In this document: in pieces, positions 30,901-39,452 of the stretch
Layout: every line of letters starts with the position of its first letter
Position numbering within the stretch: position 1 is the first letter of the stretch
Virus record (IMG/VR): IMGVR_UViG_3300017783_000013
Coordinates: 1,557-65,556 of that record
Reading direction: 5' to 3' (one strand)
Length of the DNA stretch: 64,000 nt
Source: a virus
Lineage: Duplodnaviria > Caudoviricetes
Notes under the pieces: model-generated
Databases searched by the model: none
What the model was told of the DNA's origin: nothing
Seen by the model: only the letters and a program-made list of their open reading frames with translations
Position numbers and translations under genes: made by a program

Positions 30901-31660
30901 TTCTGAATCTCTTGCAGTTACGGTTACAGAAGATGCCGCAACTGAAGGTGCAGAAACTTTTGCTATTGCACTTGATAACGGAGAAGCATCTACAACAGTA
31001 TTAATTAATGATACAAGTGTCGACACAACACCAACTTACGCATTATCATCAAATGCAGATGCAGTTAATGAAGGAACAAATATTATAGTAACACTTGCTA
31101 CTACTAACGTAGCCAACGGTACAACAGTTGCATATACAATTAGTGGTGTAACTAGTGCAGATATTAACAGTGCAAGTTTAACTGGAAACTTTAGTATAAA
31201 CAATAATACAAGTCAATTAATTTTACAAACAACTGCTGATGCAACTACTGAAGGTGCAGAAACATTAACTATTGCTTTAGATAATGGAGAAAGTACTAAA
31301 AATATTACTATTAATGATACTAGTACAACTCCGTTTAGTGCAGATTACACAATTTCTGTTACTAACTCAGGAAATAGTTATAATTTAAGTGGCACAGACA
31401 GAAACGGCGCAGTAAGCGGTAGTCAACCAACGTTAGCATTTAATAACGGTGATAGAGTACAATTTAATGTTAATGCAGGAACATCAAGTAGTCACCCATT
31501 CTATATTAAAACACAAAGTGGCGGCGGAACAGGGTATCAAGCAAGTGGAACAACAGGGCAAGGCACAACACAACTTAACTGGACTATAGGAAGCAGTGGA
31601 ACATTTTACTACCAATGTAGTATTCACGGCGGAATGAACAATAGTATAACAGCAACTTAA
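27923..31660 (+). CDS. S8 subtilisin-like serine protease with five ~100 aa repeats and C-terminal cupredoxin-like domain
   Basis: Catalytic triad motifs VVIQDTG, HGHGTHVAG and GTSMAAPQVAG; N-terminal prodomain; PTY...VNEG...TEGxETLT..LDNG repeats. Confidence 0.88.
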   Translation: MSQEREYIVGLKKDVDYVSFNNEMIVETGAGNIPQRSVTVSNPRMVSKRLTHYMLTDSEAEALRQDVRVDCVEIPPDQQDQLEIGVQASQSGNFTKTTLDSGPYINWGLRRINEKINVYGGSDNVSGDYNYTLDGSGVDVVIQDTGLQKDHPEWQDANGVSRFKEIDWYTESGVSGTQSSNHYRDYHGHGTHVAGTIAGKNYGFAKNADIYALKVSGLEGTGDTGGIPVADCFDVIKEWHKRKVSGTYTPTTVSYIPATGVMVITLGNHNFEIGDKIRIAPGSLTFTCGKDNFASNHSYPRSSGVPNAAGTDPYYNKDIEITATTSTTITINIGISSDTSEHRFVSALPGAVEATGDKRLLSKRPTVVNMSWGYSTNFVGISGGTYRGSSWSGNTARTEYGMVGRAGKHVVRVSSVDIDLEELIEAGVHVTISAGNTKQKIDVVGGTDYDNTYLQYGVTRYYHRGGSPHSQNAHIVGNIDSTTVSNSGVILEQKATSSETGPGVSIWAPGTNIMSSSSNISTGFTSDTYYFNNDFKQANISGTSMAAPQVAGVISLYLQIQPDATPAEVKDFIQDNAEVNDLYQPGDGAAYTNDRALLLSSPRFLLNQYSSKFGLTLSSLQSGISSVNASAPTYTITSSASAVDEGTDIVFTLVTTNVTAGTQVPYTVSGISLADLSSGTLTGNFVVGTTDTITLGISADTLTEGNETLTFSLDNGEGNVTVLINDSSSATPTYTLTSNKTSVNEGSGVIITLATTNVSTGSNIPYTITGITANDLSTGLLSGTFVVGTTNTRTISIAADTLTEGAETLTLALDNGGSTIDVTVNDTSTTPEAPTYALTTSSASVNEGQGFTITLSTTGVVSGTSIPYTITGVNSADIGGTALTGAFTAGTSLSKAFTVTEDATTEGTETFTLTLDNGEASSSVTIGDTSLDPSGPTYALARSTTSVNEGGTFTITLSTANVAAATSIPYTITGVTSADIDGASLTGNFVVGSSESLAVTVTEDAATEGAETFAIALDNGEASTTVLINDTSVDTTPTYALSSNADAVNEGTNIIVTLATTNVANGTTVAYTISGVTSADINSASLTGNFSINNNTSQLILQTTADATTEGAETLTIALDNGESTKNITINDTSTTPFSADYTISVTNSGNSYNLSGTDRNGAVSGSQPTLAFNNGDRVQFNVNAGTSSSHPFYIKTQSGGGTGYQASGTTGQGTTQLNWTIGSSGTFYYQCSIHGGMNNSITAT
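29812..31330 (+). repeat. five tandem ~300 bp Calx-beta/Ig-like domain repeats within the protease
   Basis: Units begin near 29812, 30112, 30419, 30725 and 31028, each PTY(T/A)(I/L)...V(N/D)EG...YT(I/V)(S/T)G...TEG.ET...LDNG. Confidence 0.85.
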
Positions 31661-31683
31661 TTACAGTTGGTACTTAACAATGG

Positions 31684-31689
31684 TAAATA
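31684..31689 (+). promoter_or_regulatory. late promoter core TAAATA
   Basis: GGTAAATA upstream of 31713. Confidence 0.55.
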
Positions 31690-31712
31690 GTATAAGATAA
31701 CAGGAAAACAGA

Positions 31713-34700
31713 ATGGCAAGAACCAGAATAACTGAATATAAATTCACACCAGGAATATCGTATATAGGTAATAAGTATCCTAACGCATGGGCATTGTTTG
31801 ACGCTAATATAGCGTTTATGAAGGCCGAAGTTAAGGCTTTTATCAATAACAAGGTTCTTGAGGGATTAGGATCATGGAATGGTTATACATTTAATGAAGC
31901 AAAATGTGATAGAGATGTCGGTTACATTATTGATGGTTATCAAAACGATTTACGCTATAATGGAAATGAAAAAACAACTAGTGTTGTTACAAAATATTGG
32001 GATGGAGATACTCCGCAGGTTGACGGTGACAGAGTTCCAGAAATCGAAACACATACTTTTCTAAGAAACTTAATTTTAAATAATATTTTATTACAAACAG
32101 TACAAGCAACACCACAACAAGGTGCTATTGCTCAAGTGACAACAGGCACAGCGCCAGAATCAGGCGCAGACACTAGATTAGAAACTCTTGCTAATATTAC
32201 AATTGATGTAATTACAAATGGTTTGACGTCGATGCCTGCTACAGTATATAATGAATATTCTAGAATTAGAATTCCGTCACGTGTATTATTAGAAGATTTA
32301 TTATTAGTATCAAACGTTACACGCGGATCAACTTTATATAATTTTACTGATACAGGATTACTTGCTGATACTGAATATGTCAAATTTGACAGAGGAAATA
32401 GAGATTTTCAACAAATAGATTTCGAGCATGACAGAGATTTCTATAACTATCTACAAAACAGTGACTATGTAACAACATTAAAACTATATGCTGACACAAC
32501 AGGTTCTCAGGTAACAGACAATATACAAATTTTTGTTGATAGACAAGAAACTATTACAAGACCATTTGATTTTGGTACTGATGCTATTGAAAGACAAAGA
32601 ACTGCTAACCCGTTATCAATGCTTGATGCTGACTTTGAATATGGATTACAACCTACTAAATGGCAAGCAATCGGAATGTTAAGAGGATATCCAAGTATTT
32701 ACGAAGTACCTGGAACAGACACAACAATATCTACTATTGTTTCTGATGTTTCAACTGGAACTGGCGGAATTGGTCAATCGTTAATAACAGTAACAACACT
32801 AGGAAATCACGGATTTCCTATTGGACAACCTATTACAGTTAAAGGACTAGAACCAAGTGTAGACGGATTTAATAGAGCAGAAGGATCGTTTATTATTACT
32901 AGCGTTCCGTCAGATAATTCTTTTACATATTATGCAAAATCTAAAGTTGGTACTACAAATCCTGAACAATTATACACACCATATGTACAAATAAGACAAG
33001 GTGGATTTTACACTGGTGCAAATATTTCAGAGGCGCCGACATTTACAGTTACGTCAAACGGATCTGCAGGAAACTTTACACTTGCACTATCAACAGCATC
33101 GGGAGGTTCTAGACTTCCATTTTACGGTACTGTGCCAGAACTTGGTGCACCGTTAGATGATGTGGGTTCTGCATTTATTCCAACTGGATCACAGGTAACA
33201 GGTGTGGTTGGTGCTGGCGATAATCCATTATTAACATTAAACGTTTCGGAAGATGCCCCTGCAGGATCTACAACAATCACGGTTGACGATACAACAGGTG
33301 TTCTACAGAATATGGCAATCGACGATGACGGTGATGCTAACTTTATTCAAACTGTAGCAGGACAACAAATTAGTTTATTAAACGGAACAGGCGCAGAACT
33401 TGCAGGTGATAATATTGATTACACTAATGTAGAAGGTACTAATGTTACTCCACAAGGTAGCGGAGCAACTTTTGATGTAACACTTACATCAGGTAGTTAC
33501 AATGTTGTAGGTAATGCACCTGGTAGCGGATACGAAATTGGTGATTATATTATTATTGATGGATCACAAGTAGGCGGTGGTTCAGGAACGAATGATATTG
33601 AGATTCGTGTAACTGATTCAGATACTCCTGGACAAGTAATTACATTTGTTGCAACAGGTACTGGTTTTGACGGAACTGCTTCTTTTACAAACTTAGGTGG
33701 TACAACATTAGGTGGAACAGGTACTAGCGGCCAGTTTAATATTACAAAAACTGGTACAACATATACAGCAGAAATATTCAGTCCAAACGGATCAGTAGAT
33801 TATAGAGTTGGCGATAGAATTAATGTTTTAGGTAGCATATTAGGAGGACTTGATAGTACTCATGATTGTTTAATTACTGTTGATAGCGTTGATAGTTTTG
33901 GTAATATTTTAACAATATCAGTAGCAGGTACAGCAACAGATGCTAACGTAAATTATACAGGTTTATCATACACGTCGAATACTGCGTCAGGTACTAATGC
34001 AGGAATTGACGTACAAAAAGATGCTACAATTTATACAGTTACTTTACAAGACGGTGGTTTAAACTTTGCAGTAAGTGAAACTCTTACTGTAAGTGGTGCC
34101 GATCTAGGTGGTACTTCACCTACTAATGACTTAACACTAACAGTTACAGCAGTTGATGTTAACGGTACTATAACAACATTTTCAACCTCAGGTGTTGGTC
34201 TTAACAGCCAAACTTACCCACAACAAGGTGGTGTTAATCTAGTAGGTACCGGCGGACAATTTGATGTTTCAACTAGTGGCGGAAATTATACTGCAACAGT
34301 TAGAGTTGAAGGTGAAGGTTATGCTGTTGGTGATGAAATTGTAATTCTTGGTAGTGATCTAGGTGGTAGTTCACCTGCTAATGATTGTACAATTGAAGTA
34401 ACAAATAGTGTTGATAGTATTGGAGGACTTATTACAGTTACAGCAACAGGTAATGCAGTTTCTGGTAATGGTAACTTTACAGGCATAGAAGGATTTAACG
34501 ATGCTCCTTCAGGTAATGGTGCAAGTTTTAGTGTTAATAGAAATAACGGAGTTTATACAGTTAGTGCTATTACAACTCCTGGTTCAGGATACAAAGTTGG
34601 AAATAGAATTTCTATCAACGGACAAAATTTAGGTGGTCAAACACCTAGCAATGATTTAATTGTATTCATTGACACAGTCGGCGGACAAGGAGATGCTACA

Positions 34701-37538
34701 GCAGTAACTCCAACAGGTAGTGCAGTGGCAGGAAGTACAATAACAGTTTATAGTACAATCTCAATGAGTGAAGCAACAGTGGGATTATTACCTCAAGGTA
34801 CTACAATCAACTTTGATGCACTTGCTACAATTAGTGTAGCATTTGGTAGTCCACATGGATTAGTACCAGGATCAACATTTATTGTAAGTATACAATCAGA
34901 TAATGATGCTAATAATCACTATTTGGCGGCAGGATCATTTATTGCAACGGCAGTAAGTGCATTAGATCAAATATCGTATCAAGCATTATCCGTTGGTACA
35001 ATTGACACCGGTACTAACAATGACGAACCAATCAATGGTATTGTTTATCCAAGGCCTGATGCATTCTTTGTTCACAGACCATTTGACGGTGGTGTGCAAT
35101 TAGGTACAGGAAGCCCAGTACACGGTGCACAAGCAATACGTCAAAGTAAAAAATATATTAGATATCAGTCTGGTAAAGGTATTATGTACACAACTGGTGC
35201 TCTATTTGCTCCAAGTTATGACTTATTAAGTATTACATCTTCAGGTACAGCAGTTGACAGTGTAATTACTGTAACTACCGATGATGTAGATCATGGACTA
35301 CAAGTGGGTGCTGGAATTAGATTAAAAGGTATTGTTACACCTGGTTATGACGGAAATTATACTGTAGACAGTATTGTAGATGAAAGAAAATTCACTGTAA
35401 GAGCGAAATATATTTTAGGTAATACAACAGCAACACTAACTGATAACCCACAAGTGCAAACACGTACATGGCACGGATCTGTAGTTAGAGCAGGTACATA
35501 TGACGATCAAAATGGTATCTTCTTTGAATATAATGGTAAAAATTTATACTGTGTACAACGTAGTGCAACATTCCAATTATCCGGAACGTGTACTGCTTAT
35601 AGAGATCAAAACGAAATTACAGGAACAAGCACAAGATTCCAAGATCAATTAAGTGTAGGCGACAGGGTTGTTATACGTGGTATGACACATGTTGTTACTA
35701 AAGTTAATAATCAGTCTAGTATTAATGTTGCACCAGACTTCCGTGGTGTATCAAATATTAGTGGTGCTAAACTGGCTAAGGTAGTTGATAAAAAAGCAAA
35801 ACAAGGTGAATGGAACAGAGATAATTGTGATGGCACAGGTAAATCAGGATATGATTTAGATGTAAGTTATATGCAGATGATTGGTATTCAGTATTCATGG
35901 TATGGTGCTGGTTTTATTGATTATATGTTTAGAGGCAGTAATGGTGACTTTATCATGGCACATAGAATGCGTAACTCAAACATTAACACAGAAGCATATA
36001 TGCGTACTGGTAACCAACCTGTTCGTTATGAAGTTATTAATGAAAGTGCAATCGGAAAATTAAAGTCAAACGTAGGTATTGCTGATACTGAAATTGAAAT
36101 ATTAGATGCTACTGATTTCCCCGATGACGGTGGAACAGTTTATATTGGTAACGAATTAATTACATATACAGGTATAACAGGTACAACATTAACAGGGTGT
36201 ACAAGAGCATCACCGTTGCAACAGTTTGCATCAGGAGCAACAAGATCATACACAGCAGGACCGGCAACATCACATGCAGAGAAAACAGGATTAGTATTAG
36301 TAAGTAATACAACAACACCAATTATTCAACACTGGGGTTCATCTTTTATTACAGATGGTGGCTTTGATAGTGATAGAGGATTTTTATTCTCATACGCAGG
36401 TACAGGTGTAACTTTTGGTACAACACCATTTACATCATTCTTAATAAGACTAGCACCAAGTGTATCTAATGCACTAGTTGGTGACTTAGGTGAAAGAGAA
36501 TTAATTAACAGAGCACAGTTACTACTTGAAGGTCTTGAAATTACAACAGAACCTAATGCATCTAGCCAGACAGGTAATATTGTTGTTTCTGGTGTGCTTA
36601 ATCCACAAAACTATCCAGCCAATCCAGATGATATTGGTTGGCAGGGTCTATCAGGAGTTGCACAAGGTGGACAGCCAAGTTTCGCACAGATTGCACCTGG
36701 TGGTTCTGTTAACTGGAACTCTAATGCAAGTACTGTAACAAGAGCGGCTACTACACTTGCAGAAATTACTGCTAGTGTTACTGCTATTGATAGAGGTTAT
36801 AGAAGTAATAATGATTATTGGGATAACAGTATTAGACAGGGTAGAGATTTATTCTTTGTAACTGAAGCATTTTACCAGGCTAATCAAGACTTATTCTCAA
36901 TAGGTACTATTGTTGGTGATAATACAAACTTTCCAACAGGAACAACAATTCGAGCAGTAGGAACTTGGACAACTGGCTCACGAAACGACGGCACACTAAG
37001 ACCGATATACGTAACTCAAGGAGGTTCAAGAAACGTTACAGATCAAGATGTAGTCTTAACATTTAGAAAATCATTTAAAGATCCGCCTACTAACAACATT
37101 TGGTTTACAAAAGCAAGTTGGGAAACTGCAGGCGCAGGACAAGGTACATTGGTTAGTTCCAGTGAAACACGTTTCCCTGCTAACACTTCTGTATCACAGG
37201 TTTCACTCGAAGAGTGGGGCGGAACAGAATATTATGATGTTTCATTCTCACAGAGTACAGATGCAACTGCAATAACAAAAGGTAGTACAACAATTACCTT
37301 TGACTTTACACAGCCGCCATATGCACAACCAGGTGAAACAATCTTCTCATTCATTGCTAGACCAGGTGAAAGATCTACACTAGATCTGTCATTCATTAAA
37401 GAACTTACAAATACTACACTAGGTGGTAGAGGTACTTTCCCGAATGGACCAGACGTACTTGCACTGAACGTATTTAAAACTTCGGGTGCAGATGTAACTG
37501 GAGAAATTATCTTGCGTTGGTCAGAAGCACAAGCGTAA
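31713..37538 (+). CDS. giant virion structural protein
   Basis: 1941 aa, Gly/Thr/Ser-rich beta modules, five internal repeats and a KCDRDVGYIID helical module shared with 11928-18476. Confidence 0.75.
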   Translation: MARTRITEYKFTPGISYIGNKYPNAWALFDANIAFMKAEVKAFINNKVLEGLGSWNGYTFNEAKCDRDVGYIIDGYQNDLRYNGNEKTTSVVTKYWDGDTPQVDGDRVPEIETHTFLRNLILNNILLQTVQATPQQGAIAQVTTGTAPESGADTRLETLANITIDVITNGLTSMPATVYNEYSRIRIPSRVLLEDLLLVSNVTRGSTLYNFTDTGLLADTEYVKFDRGNRDFQQIDFEHDRDFYNYLQNSDYVTTLKLYADTTGSQVTDNIQIFVDRQETITRPFDFGTDAIERQRTANPLSMLDADFEYGLQPTKWQAIGMLRGYPSIYEVPGTDTTISTIVSDVSTGTGGIGQSLITVTTLGNHGFPIGQPITVKGLEPSVDGFNRAEGSFIITSVPSDNSFTYYAKSKVGTTNPEQLYTPYVQIRQGGFYTGANISEAPTFTVTSNGSAGNFTLALSTASGGSRLPFYGTVPELGAPLDDVGSAFIPTGSQVTGVVGAGDNPLLTLNVSEDAPAGSTTITVDDTTGVLQNMAIDDDGDANFIQTVAGQQISLLNGTGAELAGDNIDYTNVEGTNVTPQGSGATFDVTLTSGSYNVVGNAPGSGYEIGDYIIIDGSQVGGGSGTNDIEIRVTDSDTPGQVITFVATGTGFDGTASFTNLGGTTLGGTGTSGQFNITKTGTTYTAEIFSPNGSVDYRVGDRINVLGSILGGLDSTHDCLITVDSVDSFGNILTISVAGTATDANVNYTGLSYTSNTASGTNAGIDVQKDATIYTVTLQDGGLNFAVSETLTVSGADLGGTSPTNDLTLTVTAVDVNGTITTFSTSGVGLNSQTYPQQGGVNLVGTGGQFDVSTSGGNYTATVRVEGEGYAVGDEIVILGSDLGGSSPANDCTIEVTNSVDSIGGLITVTATGNAVSGNGNFTGIEGFNDAPSGNGASFSVNRNNGVYTVSAITTPGSGYKVGNRISINGQNLGGQTPSNDLIVFIDTVGGQGDATAVTPTGSAVAGSTITVYSTISMSEATVGLLPQGTTINFDALATISVAFGSPHGLVPGSTFIVSIQSDNDANNHYLAAGSFIATAVSALDQISYQALSVGTIDTGTNNDEPINGIVYPRPDAFFVHRPFDGGVQLGTGSPVHGAQAIRQSKKYIRYQSGKGIMYTTGALFAPSYDLLSITSSGTAVDSVITVTTDDVDHGLQVGAGIRLKGIVTPGYDGNYTVDSIVDERKFTVRAKYILGNTTATLTDNPQVQTRTWHGSVVRAGTYDDQNGIFFEYNGKNLYCVQRSATFQLSGTCTAYRDQNEITGTSTRFQDQLSVGDRVVIRGMTHVVTKVNNQSSINVAPDFRGVSNISGAKLAKVVDKKAKQGEWNRDNCDGTGKSGYDLDVSYMQMIGIQYSWYGAGFIDYMFRGSNGDFIMAHRMRNSNINTEAYMRTGNQPVRYEVINESAIGKLKSNVGIADTEIEILDATDFPDDGGTVYIGNELITYTGITGTTLTGCTRASPLQQFASGATRSYTAGPATSHAEKTGLVLVSNTTTPIIQHWGSSFITDGGFDSDRGFLFSYAGTGVTFGTTPFTSFLIRLAPSVSNALVGDLGERELINRAQLLLEGLEITTEPNASSQTGNIVVSGVLNPQNYPANPDDIGWQGLSGVAQGGQPSFAQIAPGGSVNWNSNASTVTRAATTLAEITASVTAIDRGYRSNNDYWDNSIRQGRDLFFVTEAFYQANQDLFSIGTIVGDNTNFPTGTTIRAVGTWTTGSRNDGTLRPIYVTQGGSRNVTDQDVVLTFRKSFKDPPTNNIWFTKASWETAGAGQGTLVSSSETRFPANTSVSQVSLEEWGGTEYYDVSFSQSTDATAITKGSTTITFDFTQPPYAQPGETIFSFIARPGERSTLDLSFIKELTNTTLGGRGTFPNGPDVLALNVFKTSGADVTGEIILRWSEAQA
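33420..34730 (+). repeat. five tandem ~87 aa domain repeats
   Basis: Each unit reads G.G..F.V.....Y.......G..Y.VG(D/N).I.I.G..LGG..P.ND..I.V..V...G. Confidence 0.8.
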
Positions 37539-37723
37539 TGGCTAAACCCAATGAAGATTTTAAACTTACTGTTAAAGAACTTGCATTAATTGAAATGTCA
37601 TTGCTGAGTTATCAGCACACACAACCTAATAGAGCAAAAGAAATTCAAGAATTATTAGCAAAATTTTATCATCAAAAGGTCTGGTATAGATCTAAAAATG
37701 ATGAAATTTATGTTAGCGGCTAG
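37538..37723 (+). CDS. small hypothetical protein
   Basis: ATG at 37538 overlaps the upstream TAA (TAATG), giving 61 aa starting MAKPNEDF; the track start 37517 is probably too early. Confidence 0.55.
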   Translation: MAKPNEDFKLTVKELALIEMSLLSYQHTQPNRAKEIQELLAKFYHQKVWYRSKNDEIYVSG

Positions 37724-37733
37724 AAGAAACTAA

Positions 37734-38138
37734 TTAATCAGTTTTAATTTCTACTTTTTCGTCTTTTTGTGAATCGCCTGGAATAATTCGATAATTATCG
37801 CCGACGCTATCAGGAGTGCTAACTTCAGTTAAACTTGAATTAGGTTCTAATGCCTCTAATTGATGCGGCATCAATGGTGGGTTATGCCAAACATCACCAG
37901 GGTTAAGTTCTTTAGTAAACATTACAGCAGTCTTAGTATCTACATAACGCAACATGAACTTTCCGTTGTTAATAAACCAAGTTTCGTCTTTTTCTTTATG
38001 AAAGTGCATTGAAAACTTTGCTCCTTTCTTTTCAAAAAATAATATTTTTCCACAGTACTTGTCTGTAGTTGCGAAGATCAGTTCGTAACCCCAACCTTTA
38101 TCAACTTTTCCACTTAATCTTTCAATATCAGTAGGCAT
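37734..38138 (-). CDS. cupin-fold sugar isomerase-like protein
   Basis: KGWGYELI, FSMHFHKEKDETW and PPLMPHQLEA cupin His motifs; last gene of the heptose operon. Confidence 0.75.
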   Translation of the reverse strand: MPTDIERLSGKVDKGWGYELIFATTDKYCGKILFFEKKGAKFSMHFHKEKDETWFINNGKFMLRYVDTKTAVMFTKELNPGDVWHNPPLMPHQLEALEPNSSLTEVSTPDSVGDNYRIIPGDSQKDEKVEIKTD

Positions 38139-38964
38139 GTATATACTCCTTTACAGTCATATAATCGTTTATTTTACAATGTTTATTTAGATTTGTTAAG
38201 TCTGCACAAGTGTATTCTTGATATTGACTTTTTAACTTATCTGGCATTTCAATAGTTTCAATTGTTGCATCATATTTGTTTGCAATAATTTCTGCAACGT
38301 CTTGGAAACTAGTAGTTGTCCCTGTTCCGACGTTAAAAATTCCACTAGTATCTATTTTTAACATACTTTCGTGTACTCTACAAACGTCACTCACACAAAT
38401 AAAATCCCTTTTATAGTTTTCACTATTTTCAAAAACTTTGATAACTTTGTTATTCTTAGCCTGTTGTGTAAATTTATGTATTGGACTTGCTTGGTCATTT
38501 TTATGATCTTCGTAAGGTCCATAAACATTAAAATATCTAAAAACTTGAAGGTTCATATTAAATTCTTTTTGATATAACCCTGCTTGTATTAAAAAACGAT
38601 CAGTCAAGTACTTACTCCATGCATAAGGACTTTGTGGTAAGCATTTTGATTCTTCTTTATAACCATCTAAACCTTGACCATATACACTTGCCGAACTAGC
38701 AATTTGCATGTTAACACCAAACTTATCACAAAGTTGTATTAAGTTCATAGTAAATTCATGATTTTGTATTAAAACTTTTTCTACATCTGTTTCTGTAGTT
38801 GAACTGATTGCACCTAAGTGAATCACGCTATCATAATTTTCCGGATTAGGAAGTACATTAGGACCTTTCCATTCGAATCCTTCGACAGTATGTCCTAGTG
38901 TTTGTAAGTAAGGTCCTAGATTCTTTCCAATAAATCCAGCATCTCCTGTTAGTAATATATTCAT
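38128..38964 (-). CDS. hldD: ADP-L-glycero-D-manno-heptose 6-epimerase
   Basis: TGDAGFIG, HLGAISSTTE, ASSASVYG, YAWSK, RYFNVYGP.EDHK, RDFI.V.DV and YQEYTCAD. Confidence 0.85.
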   Translation of the reverse strand: MNILLTGDAGFIGKNLGPYLQTLGHTVEGFEWKGPNVLPNPENYDSVIHLGAISSTTETDVEKVLIQNHEFTMNLIQLCDKFGVNMQIASSASVYGQGLDGYKEESKCLPQSPYAWSKYLTDRFLIQAGLYQKEFNMNLQVFRYFNVYGPYEDHKNDQASPIHKFTQQAKNNKVIKVFENSENYKRDFICVSDVCRVHESMLKIDTSGIFNVGTGTTTSFQDVAEIIANKYDATIETIEMPDKLKSQYQEYTCADLTNLNKHCKINDYMTVKEYIHAY

Positions 38965-39452
38965 GTTGCAAAATCCACCATAAAACTTCTTCTAGGTTCT
39001 TTAGCAGGATAAACTCCATGCCAAACGTCCCAATTCATTAAAATTAATTTTCCTGGTTCGGGTTTAAATGTTTTGTTTTCATCATTATATATAGTATACA
39101 TTAAACCATTAAGGGTTGTCAACTTTTCATCTTCGGGTTGATTATCGAAATATAAAATAGTAGCAACACTATCGGGATTATGTCTATGTAAAGTTTGGTA
39201 TCCAAAGTCTTTATAATAGACTCCCCAAATATTTAAAATTTTTCCAAAGTTCCAATCTTTGATATGTTGTCTAATAACATTATTATAATCTTCCTTTAAT
39301 TTAACGTCAAAGGCATTAGGAATACCAGGTTGTCCGATATCAAACCCAACTGTTGTGCTTTCTGTTTTCCAATTTTCTGTAGATTTTTTACTCCATTCAA
39401 TAAAAATTTCTTCATAGTCTTTCCAATTTGGTAAAAAAGTTTCGACAATCAT
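38961..39452 (-). CDS. putative 2OG-Fe(II) oxygenase
   Basis: LHRH...ATILY...PEPGKLILM...WHGVYP...RRS double-stranded beta-helix pattern. Confidence 0.6.
   Translation of the reverse strand: MIVETFLPNWKDYEEIFIEWSKKSTENWKTESTTVGFDIGQPGIPNAFDVKLKEDYNNVIRQHIKDWNFGKILNIWGVYYKDFGYQTLHRHNPDSVATILYFDNQPEDEKLTTLNGLMYTIYNDENKTFKPEPGKLILMNWDVWHGVYPAKEPRRSFMVDFAT

Noticed and set aside
29812-34730. Regularly spaced repeats as a possible CRISPR array
   Set aside because: Units are 260-300 bp, degenerate at the DNA level and in frame within proteins; there are no identical short repeats with spacers.
440-36738. Numerous 60-240 aa ORFs antisense or out of frame within the large structural genes (e.g. 29917-30633 minus)
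   Set aside because: Shadow ORFs produced by the codon bias of Thr/Gly/Ser-rich genes. They lack an SD or promoter and recognisable motifs, and are fully nested in better-supported genes.
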